A stretch of 64,000 nucleotides of DNA from Rhina ancylostomus (taxonomy: Eukaryota): assembly GCA_030265395.1 (NCBI GenBank), contig JARFYF010000052.1, forward strand, positions 109,327,433 to 109,391,432, written 5' to 3'. Position 1 is the first letter of the stretch; every line of letters begins with the position of its first letter. Of the stretch, positions 36,761 to 49,332 are shown piece after piece. The notes under the pieces are model-generated. The model had not been told where the DNA came from. It ran no database searches and saw nothing but the letters and a program-made list of their open reading frames with translations. Both the position numbers and the translations under genes were made by a program.

Positions 36761-38164
36761 AGTCAGAGTGGACATTGAGGAATGTGGTTTAGAGATATGG
36801 TGAAGCAGGTGAATTCTTTCAACGTGAACTTTGGGGTAAGAGGTTTAAAATTATTAATGTGAGTCATATTTGCAGTACTACTATACATATTGCAAGACCA
36901 TACCTAGAACTGCTTTTGAATAGTTAACTTAATTTTAAATTATTGCTCAATATTTGTTTGTATTCTTTGTTAGTATGTGTGCTGCTCCCACTTCTGTGAT
37001 ACAACCACAACCTACAAGACAGTTACAATGTTTATAACTTACCTCACTCAAAGTCTGATGCAAAAATAAGAAGCAGCAGCATCTCCTGATGGGTCCATAT
37101 TTTATTGGATGTCTGTTCTCTGCATGTGACTCAAAACATATGTATGCAAACATTAACATGAAGGGGAATGTTCCATTCATTTTGGGCAAGGATACTGAGC
37201 AAGAATATTTTATGTAAGTTTTTTAGTCACATAAAATTTACATGGAATCTAAAATAGCTAAATATTCTATGCTAATTCACTGGGGGAAAGAATTTGCAAG
37301 ATTTTAACAGAAGAAATGTAAAAAAGGTGGAGCTTATACAAACAACTTGTGGTAAGGCATCTCAGAACCTTTGGCAATCAACAAGTTATGTTGTGTTAGT
37401 ATTAATGATTGTTAGAACCTGATGAAAGGTCATCCGCCTAAATTGTCAGCTCTTTTTCTCTCTCCATAGGTCTGCCTGTATTTTCAGCCTGTTCTGTTTT
37501 CTGCTGTCTGTATCCTCACTTGTATTAAGCCTTGTTTGCCACCAGTAATTTGCTCAAAGACCAAAGTTCCTGGTCTAGCAATCCTTTGAATTTAAGCATC
37601 ATCCTCATGGTTCCAATCCTTCCATGGCCTCATCCTTCTTATTCTTTATTACCTCCTAAACTATGCAACCTCTAAGATATGTCCTTCTATAATTCAGGCC
37701 TCTTTATCATCCCCACCATCAATGCCATATCTTGACTTGGCTGGGTTTTAAACTGTGGTATTCCCTTTGTAAAACTCTCTGTCTCTGTATATTTCTCTTT
37801 CCTTCCTTAAGTCACTTCCTAAACCTACCTCAATAACTTGTCCTATTGTGTCCTTATGTACTTGGCATTATATTTTGTTGGCAACCACCTTTGTGAAGAG
37901 CTTTTGAATACTTATGTTATGTTATTCTTACTTTAAAACTGTCAATTTTTGTTGTTGATCATTTTTTTAACAATGAAACCAGAAAATGCTGGAAACTATG
38001 CAGATCAGACATCATTTGTCTTGAAATAAACAGATTCAGGTTGACCTTTCATCAGAACTGGATACAGTTAGAGATAACATAAATTTTAAAGAGCAGAAGA
38101 GTGGTAGGGAGAAAAGGACAACATGCAGAAAGACCTGAATACTATTTTGGTGCGGTCTGATACA

Positions 38165-38765
38165 TAGCTAATAACATTCACCCAAGTTCAGAGAATTGAT
38201 GACCTTAGCCAAAATGCTATCCACATACCCTTGATGGTCATTGTCCGATTCCATCGACATCCTGGGGTCACCATTGATCAGAAGCTCAACTAGAACAGAA
38301 ACATAAATACTGTAGCAACAGGAGCACATTTCTGGATACCCAGTCTTTGATTCTGGATACCCAGTCCTGCCACCCAAAGCCTCTCCTCCATCTACAAAGC
38401 ACAAGTTATGTCAAGAAGCTCTGCACCATCCAGGACAAGCCAGCTCACCTGGGTGGCACCCCACCCACCACCCTAAACATGTATTCCCTTCACCATCATC
38501 ACATCTTAGCTTCAGTGTGTACCAGCTACAAAATATTATTCACCTAGGCTATTTTGAAAACACCTACCAAACCTGGAGCCATTACCACCTCGGCGTCAAG
38601 AGCAGCAGGCAACTAGGAGGACCACCACATGCATGTTCCTTCCAAGAAACACACAGCAATGGTCCAAGTAGGTGGCTAACTATTATCTCCTCAACAACAG
38701 TTAGAGATGAACAATAAATCCTGGTTCAATCTGTGGCATCCACATCCCAGATAAGTGAATGAAAA
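38165..38765 (+). mobile_element. Old LINE 3' region
   Basis: Similar to 29160-29800. Confidence 0.5.
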
Positions 38766-39516
38766 AAGGGTAGCAGGCAGACAAGTTCAAATAGCAAAAG
38801 GGATGATGGTGTAAATGTTATTTTATTGTAGTTGCATACACTCATGTCCTGTCAGAAGATTGAAATTTATTTATACGTGAAGGGTGTCAGTTTAAAAATT
38901 ACATTTTGCTTGCAGGACTATGAAACAAACTCACTTCTGAGACCAACTTAATCTGGTGAGAATATTAGAGGGAAGAGTTGCTGCCTAGAATGACTCTTAC
39001 ATATGGTGAAAGTAGCAGAATATGGAACATAGTCTAAAAATTCAGCTAACAAAAAGAAAATTCAAAAGAAAACTTCTCACACAAAGAGCTAAAAGAACTT
39101 AGAATGCATTTACCCAAAGGTTGTAACAGAAAATAAATGTGATGTTTAACAGGAATTTTAAAAGACATTTACTGCAATTTTCTGGCATGGCTAAATTTGA
39201 GCAGTGCCTACACTGCACAATCCCTCATTTCCCACACTCCAACCAAATGACAACATCAGAGATGGTTATAATCATCAGTTTCAAGAAAACCTTGCACTGT
39301 GCATATCTTCCCTATTCATTCTGAGTTCTTCTGAAATGTATGCTGCTAGTTTCTGAGTTCAATAGCTGTGGTTTACTGTATGGTTTCTGTAGTCCACCAT
39401 CCACCTGTAAAATTATACAGATGTTGCAATAGTTAAATGGAGCACTTGTAGCACAGAGCTATCTTGAGTCTGTAACTGTAAATGCTTCTGGCCTCAGTGC
39501 TGTCATTTTGTTGCAG

Positions 39517-39597
39517 GAATTGATTAGTCGAATGCTGCAAGTGAATATTGAGTCACGCTACACAGCTGAGAAAGTTCTGACTCATCCTTGGGTGGCT
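39517..39597 (+). CDS. dclk2: DCLK2 exon (ELISRMLQVNIESRYTAEKVLTHPWVA), end of the kinase domain
   Basis: ttgcAG acceptor, GTGAGT donor, 81 bp, phase 0-0; HPW motif. Confidence 0.96.
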
Positions 39598-40020
39598 GTG
39601 AGTATTGAGAAAATACTGCAAAATGTACAGGCTTCACCACAGGAAAGACTTGCCAAATGAATGGTGGAAGCGGGTGGACCATTAAGTACTGCATTAAAAA
39701 TTGCCTTTTCTGCCTGGCCAAAGCCTATCTCTCTAAAATAAGATAGTGAAACTGATATAAGAATGAACAGATACCAAACTGGGAAAGAACATAGTAGCTG
39801 AGGCTAGATCATTAAGAATGTTCACAATGACTACTTTCTCCAAGTTATCAGAAAGACAAGATTCAAGCAGCACACTCACTTCAGGCTACGGTATTCCTAA
39901 TAAAATGAATTACTTAATTATAAATAAGATGGAAATCCTGGATAGGCTAAATGGGCTCAAAATACATAAGTCTCTGGAGACAGATACCATTTATACAGTG
40001 CTGAGAAAGAACAGGGAGGA

Positions 40021-40627
40021 TGCACCATCTCATTAGCAGATTAAAAATAGTCTTCCCATATAGAAAACCAGGACTTATATAATGCAAGGTAATACAAGAC
40101 AGGGACTTGTATAAAGCAAGAAAATAGAAAATGAAGATCCCACTGCATATTTTTCTCCCTCCAGAAAAACATCTGTTCAGTCATACTTTTGGCCTTCGAT
40201 CTCTTGACCAATTGCATTAACATGGGGCACAACCATTCATTATGAACCAGTGAACAGTGGCGAGCAATAAAAAGATTAGAAACAGACAAATATGATGACA
40301 AATTCAGTATGGGTGATGAAAACAGACATAGGAAACTCCAGGCTCATTCGTCTTACTATTACTCTTGCAAAAAAATCTACTTGATTATTGAGGCAATTCT
40401 GGATTTAAAGGGGTGGTGGGACCTACTAATGTAATTGGTCAAGAGATAGAAGGCCAGAAGTATTACTGAACAGATATTTTTCTGGAGGGAGAACTACACA
40501 GTGGCATCCCCATTTTCTATTTTCTTGCTTTATACAAGTCCTCATCTTGTATTTCCTTGCATTATATACGTAAGTCCTGGTGTTATATATGGGAAGACTA
40601 TTTCAAATCTGCAAATGAGACAATGCA
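40021..40627. repeat. Long inverted repeat; arms about 40021-40238 and 40411-40627
   Basis: e.g. ttctccctccagaaaaacatctgttcagt..tactt.tggccttc.atctcttgaccaatt and ttgtataaagcaagaaaatagaaaatg recur as reverse complements. Confidence 0.88.
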
Positions 40628-41014
40628 GCACATAGTGAGCAGATATTGGAGACTCCAAGGACGAGTGACTGAAGTTTTCTGAATGAAATAACTAAAGTGA
40701 AACTGAAAGCAGCCTAGGTGTAGACTCAGTGATAAATGTGGGTTTTTAGTCTGGAAAGCAGGCAGGGTGAGAGTTATAGAAGGTGGTTAAGGATATTAAA
40801 AAAGATAATCAGGAATATTATTTTAAATTATGGAACTGGATATTATGGTTTGAACTAGGATAAAATCTTGGGAATAATCTGGGAATTCTTTTTCATTCAT
40901 TTCAATAATGATGAAAATTGCAGGAGATATATTACAAAATAATTTACTAATCCTCATTTTATGCAAAAGTAAAAATTAACCCCTTTGTTTATATTGTAAT
41001 TACTTTCCAATATT

Positions 41015-41626
41015 AGATTTGGAATTGGAATTGGAACTGGTTTATTATTGTCACTTTTACCAAAGTATAGTGAAAAACTTGTCTTGCATACCATTCATAC
41101 ATATCAATTCATTACACAGTGCATTGAGATAGTACAAGGTAAAACAATAACAGAATGCAAAATAAAGTGTCACAGCTACAGAGAAAGTGCAGTGCTGGTA
41201 GATAATAAGGTGCAATGTCAAACAAGGTAGATTTTGAGGTCAAGAGTCTATCTTATACTAGGAGACCATTCAATAGTCTTATAACAGCAAGGTAGAAGCT
41301 GTCCTTGAGCCTGGTGGTCCATGCTTTCAGGATTTTGTATCTTCTGCCTGATGGGAGAGGGATGTCTCAGTGGGTGGGGTCTTTGATNNNNNNNNNNNNN
41401 NNNNNNNNNNNNNNNNNNNNNNNNNNNNNNNNNNNNNNNNNNNNNNNNNNNNNNNNNNNNNNNNNNNNNNNNNNNNNNNNNNNNNNNGGGAGAATGTCCT
41501 GAGTGGGTGGGGTCTTTGATTATGCTGGCAGCTTTACCGAGGCAGCAAGAAGTATAGACAGAGTTCATGGAGGGGACGCTGGTTTCAGTGATGTACTGAG
41601 CTGTGTCCACAACTCTCTGCAGTTTC
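41015..41626 (-). mobile_element. Rex1/Babar-type LINE 3' end
   Basis: TAQYIT....P....YTSCCLGKAASIIKDPTH.GH; (ttggaa)n tail at 41019-41040. Confidence 0.75.
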
Positions 41627-41889
41627 TAATATTGTGAAATCCATATGTTAAAAACATTTGAGTAGTTCAGGATTGAAGTGCAGGTCTTGTTTAAAGTTGT
41701 ATTTACCAGAATTAGATTCACTATCCATGGTGATGTTGATGCTTTGTGTCTGCAAACCAAGGATTAAATTTAACCTAAACCGTGCTGATTCCTATCCTGG
41801 GCACAGAACTATGCTGCAGCAGTCCAGAGTCAGTTATATGAGCAGAAACCGCTGGGAGATTTTACCTGTTAAATACTTCTTTCCTGCAG

Positions 41890-42003
41890 GACGATATGGC
41901 ACAAGAGCAAGACATGCAGATAGCAGTAACTGGCAAATTGAGAAAGCACTTTAATCCAGCAACAAAGCAGAACAATACTACTGCGGGCGTCAGTGTAATT
42001 ATG
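41890..42003 (+). CDS. dclk2: DCLK2 exon (DDMAQEQDMQIAVTGKLRKHFNPATKQNNTTAGVSVIM), C-terminal tail
   Basis: cctgcAG acceptor, GTGAGT donor, 114 bp; VTGKL..HFN and GVSVIM are typical of DCLK2. Confidence 0.95.
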
Positions 42004-42994
42004 GTGAGTTAAACTAAAAGCAGATAAATCTCCATTAAGGAAAATCTCCAACTAGAAATTCAGCAGTTTTCCTTACATTTCCTACCAAGAATATTTCGAT
42101 CTGCCTATGGAAACTATTATTTTGCTCCCAGAATATTAAGTTGTAGATCCATGCCTGTGATTTCCCACAAGTTGCTCATTGAGGGGAACAAATTCAATGG
42201 GCATTGTGTCGACAGTGCAATATCTACCTCTAGAAAGGCACTGATAGAGTCTTGGGGTAAAAGAGTAAGCTTTCAGCCTATTCTGAAATAGAAGAGATGT
42301 CCAGGTCGGGAAAAAGAAACTGGAAGTAAATTACTTTGGGGGAAGTGATTCATTACTCCTGTGCTTTTGTCTCTTTTCTTTGCTATTGCTTGTTTATTTC
42401 CTTCTTTTCTTACTGCTTATCAATCTTGTTTCTTCAACTCTCATTTTCCTCTTTCTGTTTCTCCCTTTCCCACCCTTCTCTCTGTACAATCTCTCAACCC
42501 TGTACTGAGGAGAACTGTTAGGAAGATAGGTTTAGATGAAGTAGGCTAAGAGAAGGCTCTTATTAACACCAGAAGAGACAAATTGGGTTGAATGCCATGT
42601 TTTGTGCCATAAATTCTGTGTAATTCATTAGGCTATATATATTCATCCTGTTTCTCCCTCTCCTCCCCATGCCTTTCTCTTTCACACTCATTATCTTACC
42701 CTTTCCCTCTTTATCCTTCTTCTCTCCTACCACTCTCTCTCTTTTTCTCATTGTGTTCCTGCTCACACCCTGAAGTAAGTAGAAAATGGATGCAGCCTAG
42801 AACAGAATGAGGTGTGCTGATCTGATCCCTAAAGTTTCCCGCGAGGCATGTTAGGTTGAATTAGGTCGCCTCCAAATTCCCCACATGGAGCAGTAAAAGC
42901 TACAGATAAGTGGGTGTTGGGCTACGAATGGGATGTAATTATAATCCAAATTGAGATACTTTAATGTATTTCAGTGGATTTAAANNNNNNNNNN

Positions 42995-43892
42995 CTGCAA
43001 GAGTGGTTGTGTTGTGGTTGGTGTAGAAGATTTCCAAAGGATACAGTGGGATGTAGATCAGTTGCAGATATGGGCAAAGAAATGGCAAATAGAGTTTAAT
43101 CTGGGCAAGTGTGAGGCGTTGCATTTTGGGACATCAAATGTAAAGGGAAGATACACAGTTAATGGCAGAACCCTTAATTGCATTGATGTACCAAGGGATC
43201 ATGGGGTCCAAGTTCATAGCTCCCTGAAAATAGCTGCACAAGTCAATGGGGTAATAAAGAAGGCTTATGGCATGCTTGCCTTTATTAGTCGAGGCATTGA
43301 GTTCAAGATTCAGGAAGTTATGTTGCAGCTTCATAAAGCTCTGGTTAAGCCACAGATGGAGTATTGCATTCACTTTTGGTCGCCCCATTATAAGAAGGAC
43401 ATGGAGGCTATGGAATGGGTGCAGAAGAGGTTTACCAGGATGCTGCCTGGATTATAGAGCATGTGCTATAAGGAGAGGTTAGACAAACTAAGGTTGTTTT
43501 CTCCAGCGTGGTGGATGCTGATGGCAAACCTGATAGTATATAAAATTATGAGAGACATAGATAGACAGCTGATACTTTTTTCCCAGCGTCAAAATATCCA
43601 ATACAAGAGGGCATGCATTTAACATGAGAAAGGGAAAATTCAAAGGAGATGTGTGGGGCAAGTTTTTTTACACAGAGTGGTGGATGCCTGGAATGCACTG
43701 CCAGGGGTGGTGGTCAAGGCAGATACAACAGAAATGTTTAAGTGGCTCTACGATAGGCACATGAATATGCAGAGAACAGAGGGATATGGACCTTGTGCAG
43801 GCAGAAGCCATTGGGTTTCGTTAGCTTAATTACTCAGCACAACGTTGTGGGTCGAAAGGCCTGTTCCTGTGCTGTACTGTTCAATGTTCTAA
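42995..43892 (+). mobile_element. CR1 LINE 3' portion, relatively young
   Basis: IQWDVDQLQIWAKKWQIEFN..KCEALHFG...LHKALVKPQMEYCIHFWSPHYKKD...VQKRFTRMLPGL; tgttcaatgttcta tail. Confidence 0.9.
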
Positions 43893-46800
43893 GTGTCCAT
43901 GTGTTCTAGTTTGTTGGCAGTCTAAGAAACAGCTGTATTTTAAATAGATCATATTTATTTGTTCATCTGCTTTGAAACCATGTTCTAATAAGGCACACAG
44001 ATAGCTGTGATGTCAGGGTCATATATGCAGCTCTGGGGAGCAGAATTTTTTGGTCTACAGAGAGCTGGGTTGGCTACTGAGTTCCCAAAGCCCAGCAAAT
44101 TTCATAAACTACCAGAGATGCCAAATCAGATCTGGAGAAATCTTAGGTGTGGTCTTTGACTTACTCACATCTAAGGTAAAACTCTCACAGACTTCATCAG
44201 GGTCCCTTTTTAAGATGGCCCTGACAACTGCCTGAAATGAACACTGACCTCATATCAATATTTTTAGGAAATTTACAGAGACTAGTAAGAGCTTGAATTC
44301 TGCTGCTCTGATTAGTTTTTCATGCTTTGATCAACCTAATCAGTGTTTTTTTTAAAGTGACTGCTGGAAAATACCCTGGAAACCAGCAGATGAATTTGCC
44401 TCAATATGCAGCCAGGAGAAGCAGATCTGCTTTCTGAGCCTCTGCCTTAACATTGCAGACTACAACTGGCCTGCATCCATTTCCTGTTCAGCAGCCCCTT
44501 CCTATAGGACTATTCAAGTGCCTGCAGTTTACTGTATTTAAACTAGAGGACAAATTTAGAACAGTCCTAGGACCTCTCACTAATGGAACACAAGCCCAGT
44601 GTTCCAATTATTTCACACCCATTACTTGTCACAACTAATGTAAACCCCTAATTTCAACTTCTTGTAATAACATTGCAAGCAAATTCAGGAATGTTATTTG
44701 GGACTATATTTTAGGTTGAATTGTAGGCACATTTTTATCAAACAGCAAATTCTGTGTGAAGAACATTGTCTCAAAATTGCTAATGATGTCATTACAAATA
44801 AAGGACAGAGGAAACCACCCACACAGTGCTCTACAACAATGGAAAGCACTTTGCCCTTTCTGTTTATAAGCACACAAGTGGTCTCTGCTTACTTGGGTTG
44901 TTTCTGCTTTCAGCTCTTTGACTCAGTGTAACACTCAATCATAAAGCAATGCTAGGATAAGTTTAGCTGGGTTGTTAGATGCAGTTTCTTGGGATTCCTC
45001 ATATACAGTGCATTCAATCTCTGTCATGCCTTTTCAGAGAGTTAATTATCAAAGCTCTTTTGCACCTCCATGAAGACAGAAAGTAAATGGTATAAGAATA
45101 TTCCTGGGCATCCTTGAGCTCCTTGGACAAGAGACTTAACACCATCCAGCACATGTCAAACCATTTGATTGGGTCCCCATTCACCACCCTGAACATGAAA
45201 TCTCTCTGATCCAATGCAAGAAGCTTGACAAGGCTTCTTCAAGAGCACCACCCAAATATTCAACCTCTACATTTAGAACAAGGGCAGTAGGTCCATGAAA
45301 GGAACTCACACCATCTTAACCTGGAAATATATCACGGCTCATTTATCATCAGAAGGCCTTCAGCATTTTAAATAGGGAGCTTAGCACCATCTTCTGAAAG
45401 ATAACAATGAATGGGCATTGAATACCAGGTTCAGAGGTGATGCCTTGATCATATAATCATAGAAGGAGTTCTTTTAGCTGAACAAGATTCTTTGTATACA
45501 CAAGCCATGTAAACTCATTCCCTGGCTCCATCCTAAAATTCTGCAGTTTCTCTTGTCTTTAAGTACTTACCTTTTTGAAAGCCACAACCAAATTTGTAAC
45601 CACCAGCCTTTCCGGCAGTGAATTCCAGATTATAACTACTTGCTGCATGCAAGTGTTTTTCTTCATATTACCTGTGTTTCTTTGCCAGTCACTTTCCATC
45701 TGTGTACTTTGGTTCACAACCCTTCCTACAATAAGATTATTTTTCTTTATTTACTTTATCTAGATCCTGCATTATGATAAATATCATCAAAAATTACTCA
45801 AGTTTCTAGTTAATCTGTTCAATTTAGGAAAGTTTTGTAAGTCTTAGAGTGCAAAACAGATTTACTAGAATGATCCCACAGATGAGAGACTTTGGTGAGA
45901 AGAGATCATTTGGAAAAACTGCTCAGGAAGGGAATGTTAGTGAAAGTTACCAGTGAATAGGAGAGATGATGTAATGTAAAATGAATTTCCTACTTTGAGA
46001 CTAGTCTAATGGATCACAGGTATGCCTTTTGATACTTCATCCTTAGGGACTGGTTGATGAAGGTTTGAAGAAGCTGAGAAAGCGACAAATAATCCAATGT
46101 CAGCAGATAGAGGTTAGATGCAGTCACTTCCAGTCTCCAGCACTAATATCCCTCTGAATCAGTTGGAAATTCATCAACGTGTCTAAATGAGGGGAAAGAA
46201 AAATAGTGTTTCAAATATTTGCAGTGTCACTTACAAATTGCACATCTTGTTCCTGGGCAAAGATACCAGGATAGAATTTCTTCAAGGTTCCCCTGAATCC
46301 CCTTACCTCATAAAGTCAGAGAAAAATTGCCATAAACCCCAGAGAAATGACATAAACAGATGTTCTTCTGTAGGTCTTCCAAAGGTATGACAGGAGATCA
46401 GGAGAACAGTTCTGGAAAAATTAAGGCAATAGAATCTAAACATGATATCCATGCGTTACTGTAATTATCAGCTCAATAAAAAAGAGATGGAATGCACACC
46501 TGTTGGTTCTGATTTACTGGCAGAAAGGATTGCCACCTATTATAAGCACTACCTAAAATTCTTCCTTTTGCAAGAATGCCATGTATCACATTTTAAAAAA
46601 GAAGAAACAGCATCATGGTTTTCTAGACACAAGAAAATTGTAAAACATGCCTGAAATGTGAACTGTAAAATGAGACAGGCAGATGAAGCAAAGATTTGAG
46701 ATTAAAGATAAAGATAAATATAGGGAAAAATTTACACACATATATGGTTTATTGGCTTTTCTGCTGCAGTAGCACGGTATCGATTCATCTTAGATCAGGT

Positions 46801-49061
46801 TTCAGCTGAGTAATAAAACAAAATAACAACTTCACACAGCCCACCAGCTTCAATGATTCTGACCAAGGGACTCCAAATCAGAACTACTATGAATAATCCA
46901 GTTTGATTACAGATCTGCATGCCACTAATGACCTTCATTTGGGTAGCAAACCAAAAATCTAGGGACACTGGTCTGGCCCTAAAAATCAGAGAATCTGAGG
47001 GAAGTATTGAGAAGAAGGCTGTAAAAGTTCACTCTGTGCTTAAAATCAAATGAATGTACAGCACTAGAAGTGTCTTCTGTACATGAAACTGTAGATTTTG
47101 TATTACTGTGACTCTCGTATTCATTGATAACTTTAATTAACAAGTACCTTGTTTCCTCTATTCATTCCACTGCTTCACTGAACAGTTTACATATATATAA
47201 AATATATGTGCTACAATATCCTAAGGGTTCAAAATGTCCATACCCCTTTAGATCACTGAAGATGAATAATGTCATTTTCATAGCTCAGGTCCCTACTTCA
47301 AGGGTACGTTTTTCTATCAGTATGCACGTTCTTGTTCACCACGGCTCTCTATAAGGATACCACCTACAGGTACTGCCTATTAGCAACCTCTCCAATTTTA
47401 AGATGTCCCCACTCTATGGAGCAGAACTATACAAGGTGTTCCACCAGATCTAGAGATCTAGACCAGGGCTACATAAAAGCTTGCCAGTGTCTGAATTTTT
47501 TTCAATTAATCAATTGAATGGACACTAAGATGATTTTCCACATTTATCATAGCACTTATTTAGATTGTAACCAATGTACTATAGTTCCTGCCAGAGAAAT
47601 GACTTTCACTTCTCTTTGGATTAGATTTGTTTCCAGGTCCTAGATGGATGTAAGAAGCCAACATCTCACCCACTACTCCCTCTCCACTACTCCCTTGCTT
47701 TTTATAATCAGCCAGCTATACAATCATACAAGGCCCCTTTTCTGCTTCTTGAAATATAAAATTTTTGAAGGACAGAGAGATCATGTGAGAAGAAAACAGA
47801 AAAAAAATATCAGATAAAATTATTTATTTTTGCCCCCTCCCTCTTTGTGCCCTGCTGAAAGTAATCTTCCACTAGCTCACTTGGTTGGNNNNNNNNNNNN
47901 NNNNNNNNNNNNNNNNNNNNNNNNNNNNNNNNNNNNNNNNNNNNNNNNNNNNNNNNNNNNNNNNNNNNNNNNNNNNNNNNNNNNNNNNCACTAGCTCACT
48001 TGGTTGGCATCTGCACTGAGTGTGCCAGTAGATTGCTCAATAATAGAGGCCATCACATCCAAAGCTGATTCTGTCCTCAGTTAGTTTTTACAGGTAAGCA
48101 CTTATGGCAGCTTTCACTGGATAATGTTCAGGAGAAGCAGCCAGAGATGAATTTTCACTTTTTAACATTAAAGCCATGTGCAGGGATAGCTGTTACTGCA
48201 CTTTCAAGAGTAACTAGCTCAACATGCAGTCTGAATTATCTCGGAATATTCTGATTTGGACAGTTCAGCAACTGAAGTGCAAAGGGGAGGGGGAACTATT
48301 GTTAAGAATCATTACTGTGGAATGAATTCCATAGAGTAAATTTATTGAATGGTATTAGAGATAATAACTGTACTGCACAAAATCAGTGTTGCTCTTCAAT
48401 TATTACTCTTCAGTTAGCTGAGTTCCATATTTTCTTCTGCATCTGAAACCAGTATAAATGGTGCAACATATAATTGATTTCATGGTTTGTTTCAATACTG
48501 GATTAATAGCAAACACTTTTTTATTAGGTTTCCCCTCCAATTCCAGTTTGGCATGTGATGAGGTTGATGCATGCCATGCCATTTCTCCGCTATCCATTCC
48601 AAATTCACTTTGATATTGCCAGGAACTGCAAACCCTAGTCTTGCTCCCCCATAGCCTCTATTTTCCACCTGCTACTCAAGTCAGATCTGACACTGGTTGC
48701 CCATCTCTCGTATATCTATATGCTGGGAGGGTAGGATGGGGCTTTTCCTTCCCAAAATACTGATTCCATCACTTTCAACACTACTTCCCCCAAATTCAAC
48801 ACCATGAAGACTGGCAGTTAGCCTGGGCGTTCTGGTTAGATTACTGACTGTAGTAATAGAGGGAGACATCCCTGTAGAGGCCATTTTTCCCTGCTGAAGA
48901 CACCAGTATTAACCAAGACCTCCACTTACATTGTTCCCAGGGGCATGCTGGAGCCCTCCAAGAATGCATACTGATCCTGACCAGGTGGTCGATGTCAGGA
49001 TTGCAGGCAGATGTTTAAGAGGAAATCCTTCCCCTATTTGTTGTTTTCCTTCTTGATTGAG

Positions 49062-49332
49062 TGTCACAATGTTGAGCAAACTCACAGAGAACCCAAATGC
49101 AGCACACCGATACAAGACTGGAGTCAGGATACTTCCNNNNNNNNNNNNNNNNNNNNNNNNNNNNNNNNNNNNNNNNNNNNNNNNNNNNNNNNNNNNNNNN
49201 NNNNNNNNNNNNNNNNNNNNNNNNNNNNNNNNNNNNAGGAAGTATCCTGACTCCAGTCTTGTATCGGTGTGCCGCATTTGGGTTCTCTGTGAGTTTGCTC
49301 AACATTGTGACAGAATACTCTGGCCTGTGACA
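49062..49332. mobile_element. LTR-derived fold-back element with a 5-bp TSD
   Basis: 49062-49136 is the near-perfect reverse complement of 49238-49312; TTGAG at 49057-49061 and 49333-49337. Confidence 0.75.

Noticed and set aside
36320-36761. His/Thr/Pro-rich and Gly/Val-rich ORFs
   Set aside because: Translations of a G/T low-complexity tract
41354-41520. Direct repeat on both sides of a 100-N gap; same pattern at 47870-48007 and 60573-60729
   Set aside because: Typical unmerged contig overlap or haplotype artefact, not a supported tandem duplication
47637-47649. Possible 13-nt microexon ttccAG|GTCCTAGATGGAT|GTAAGA
   Set aside because: Weak exonic donor context, a competing AG just upstream, frame-shifting, no other support
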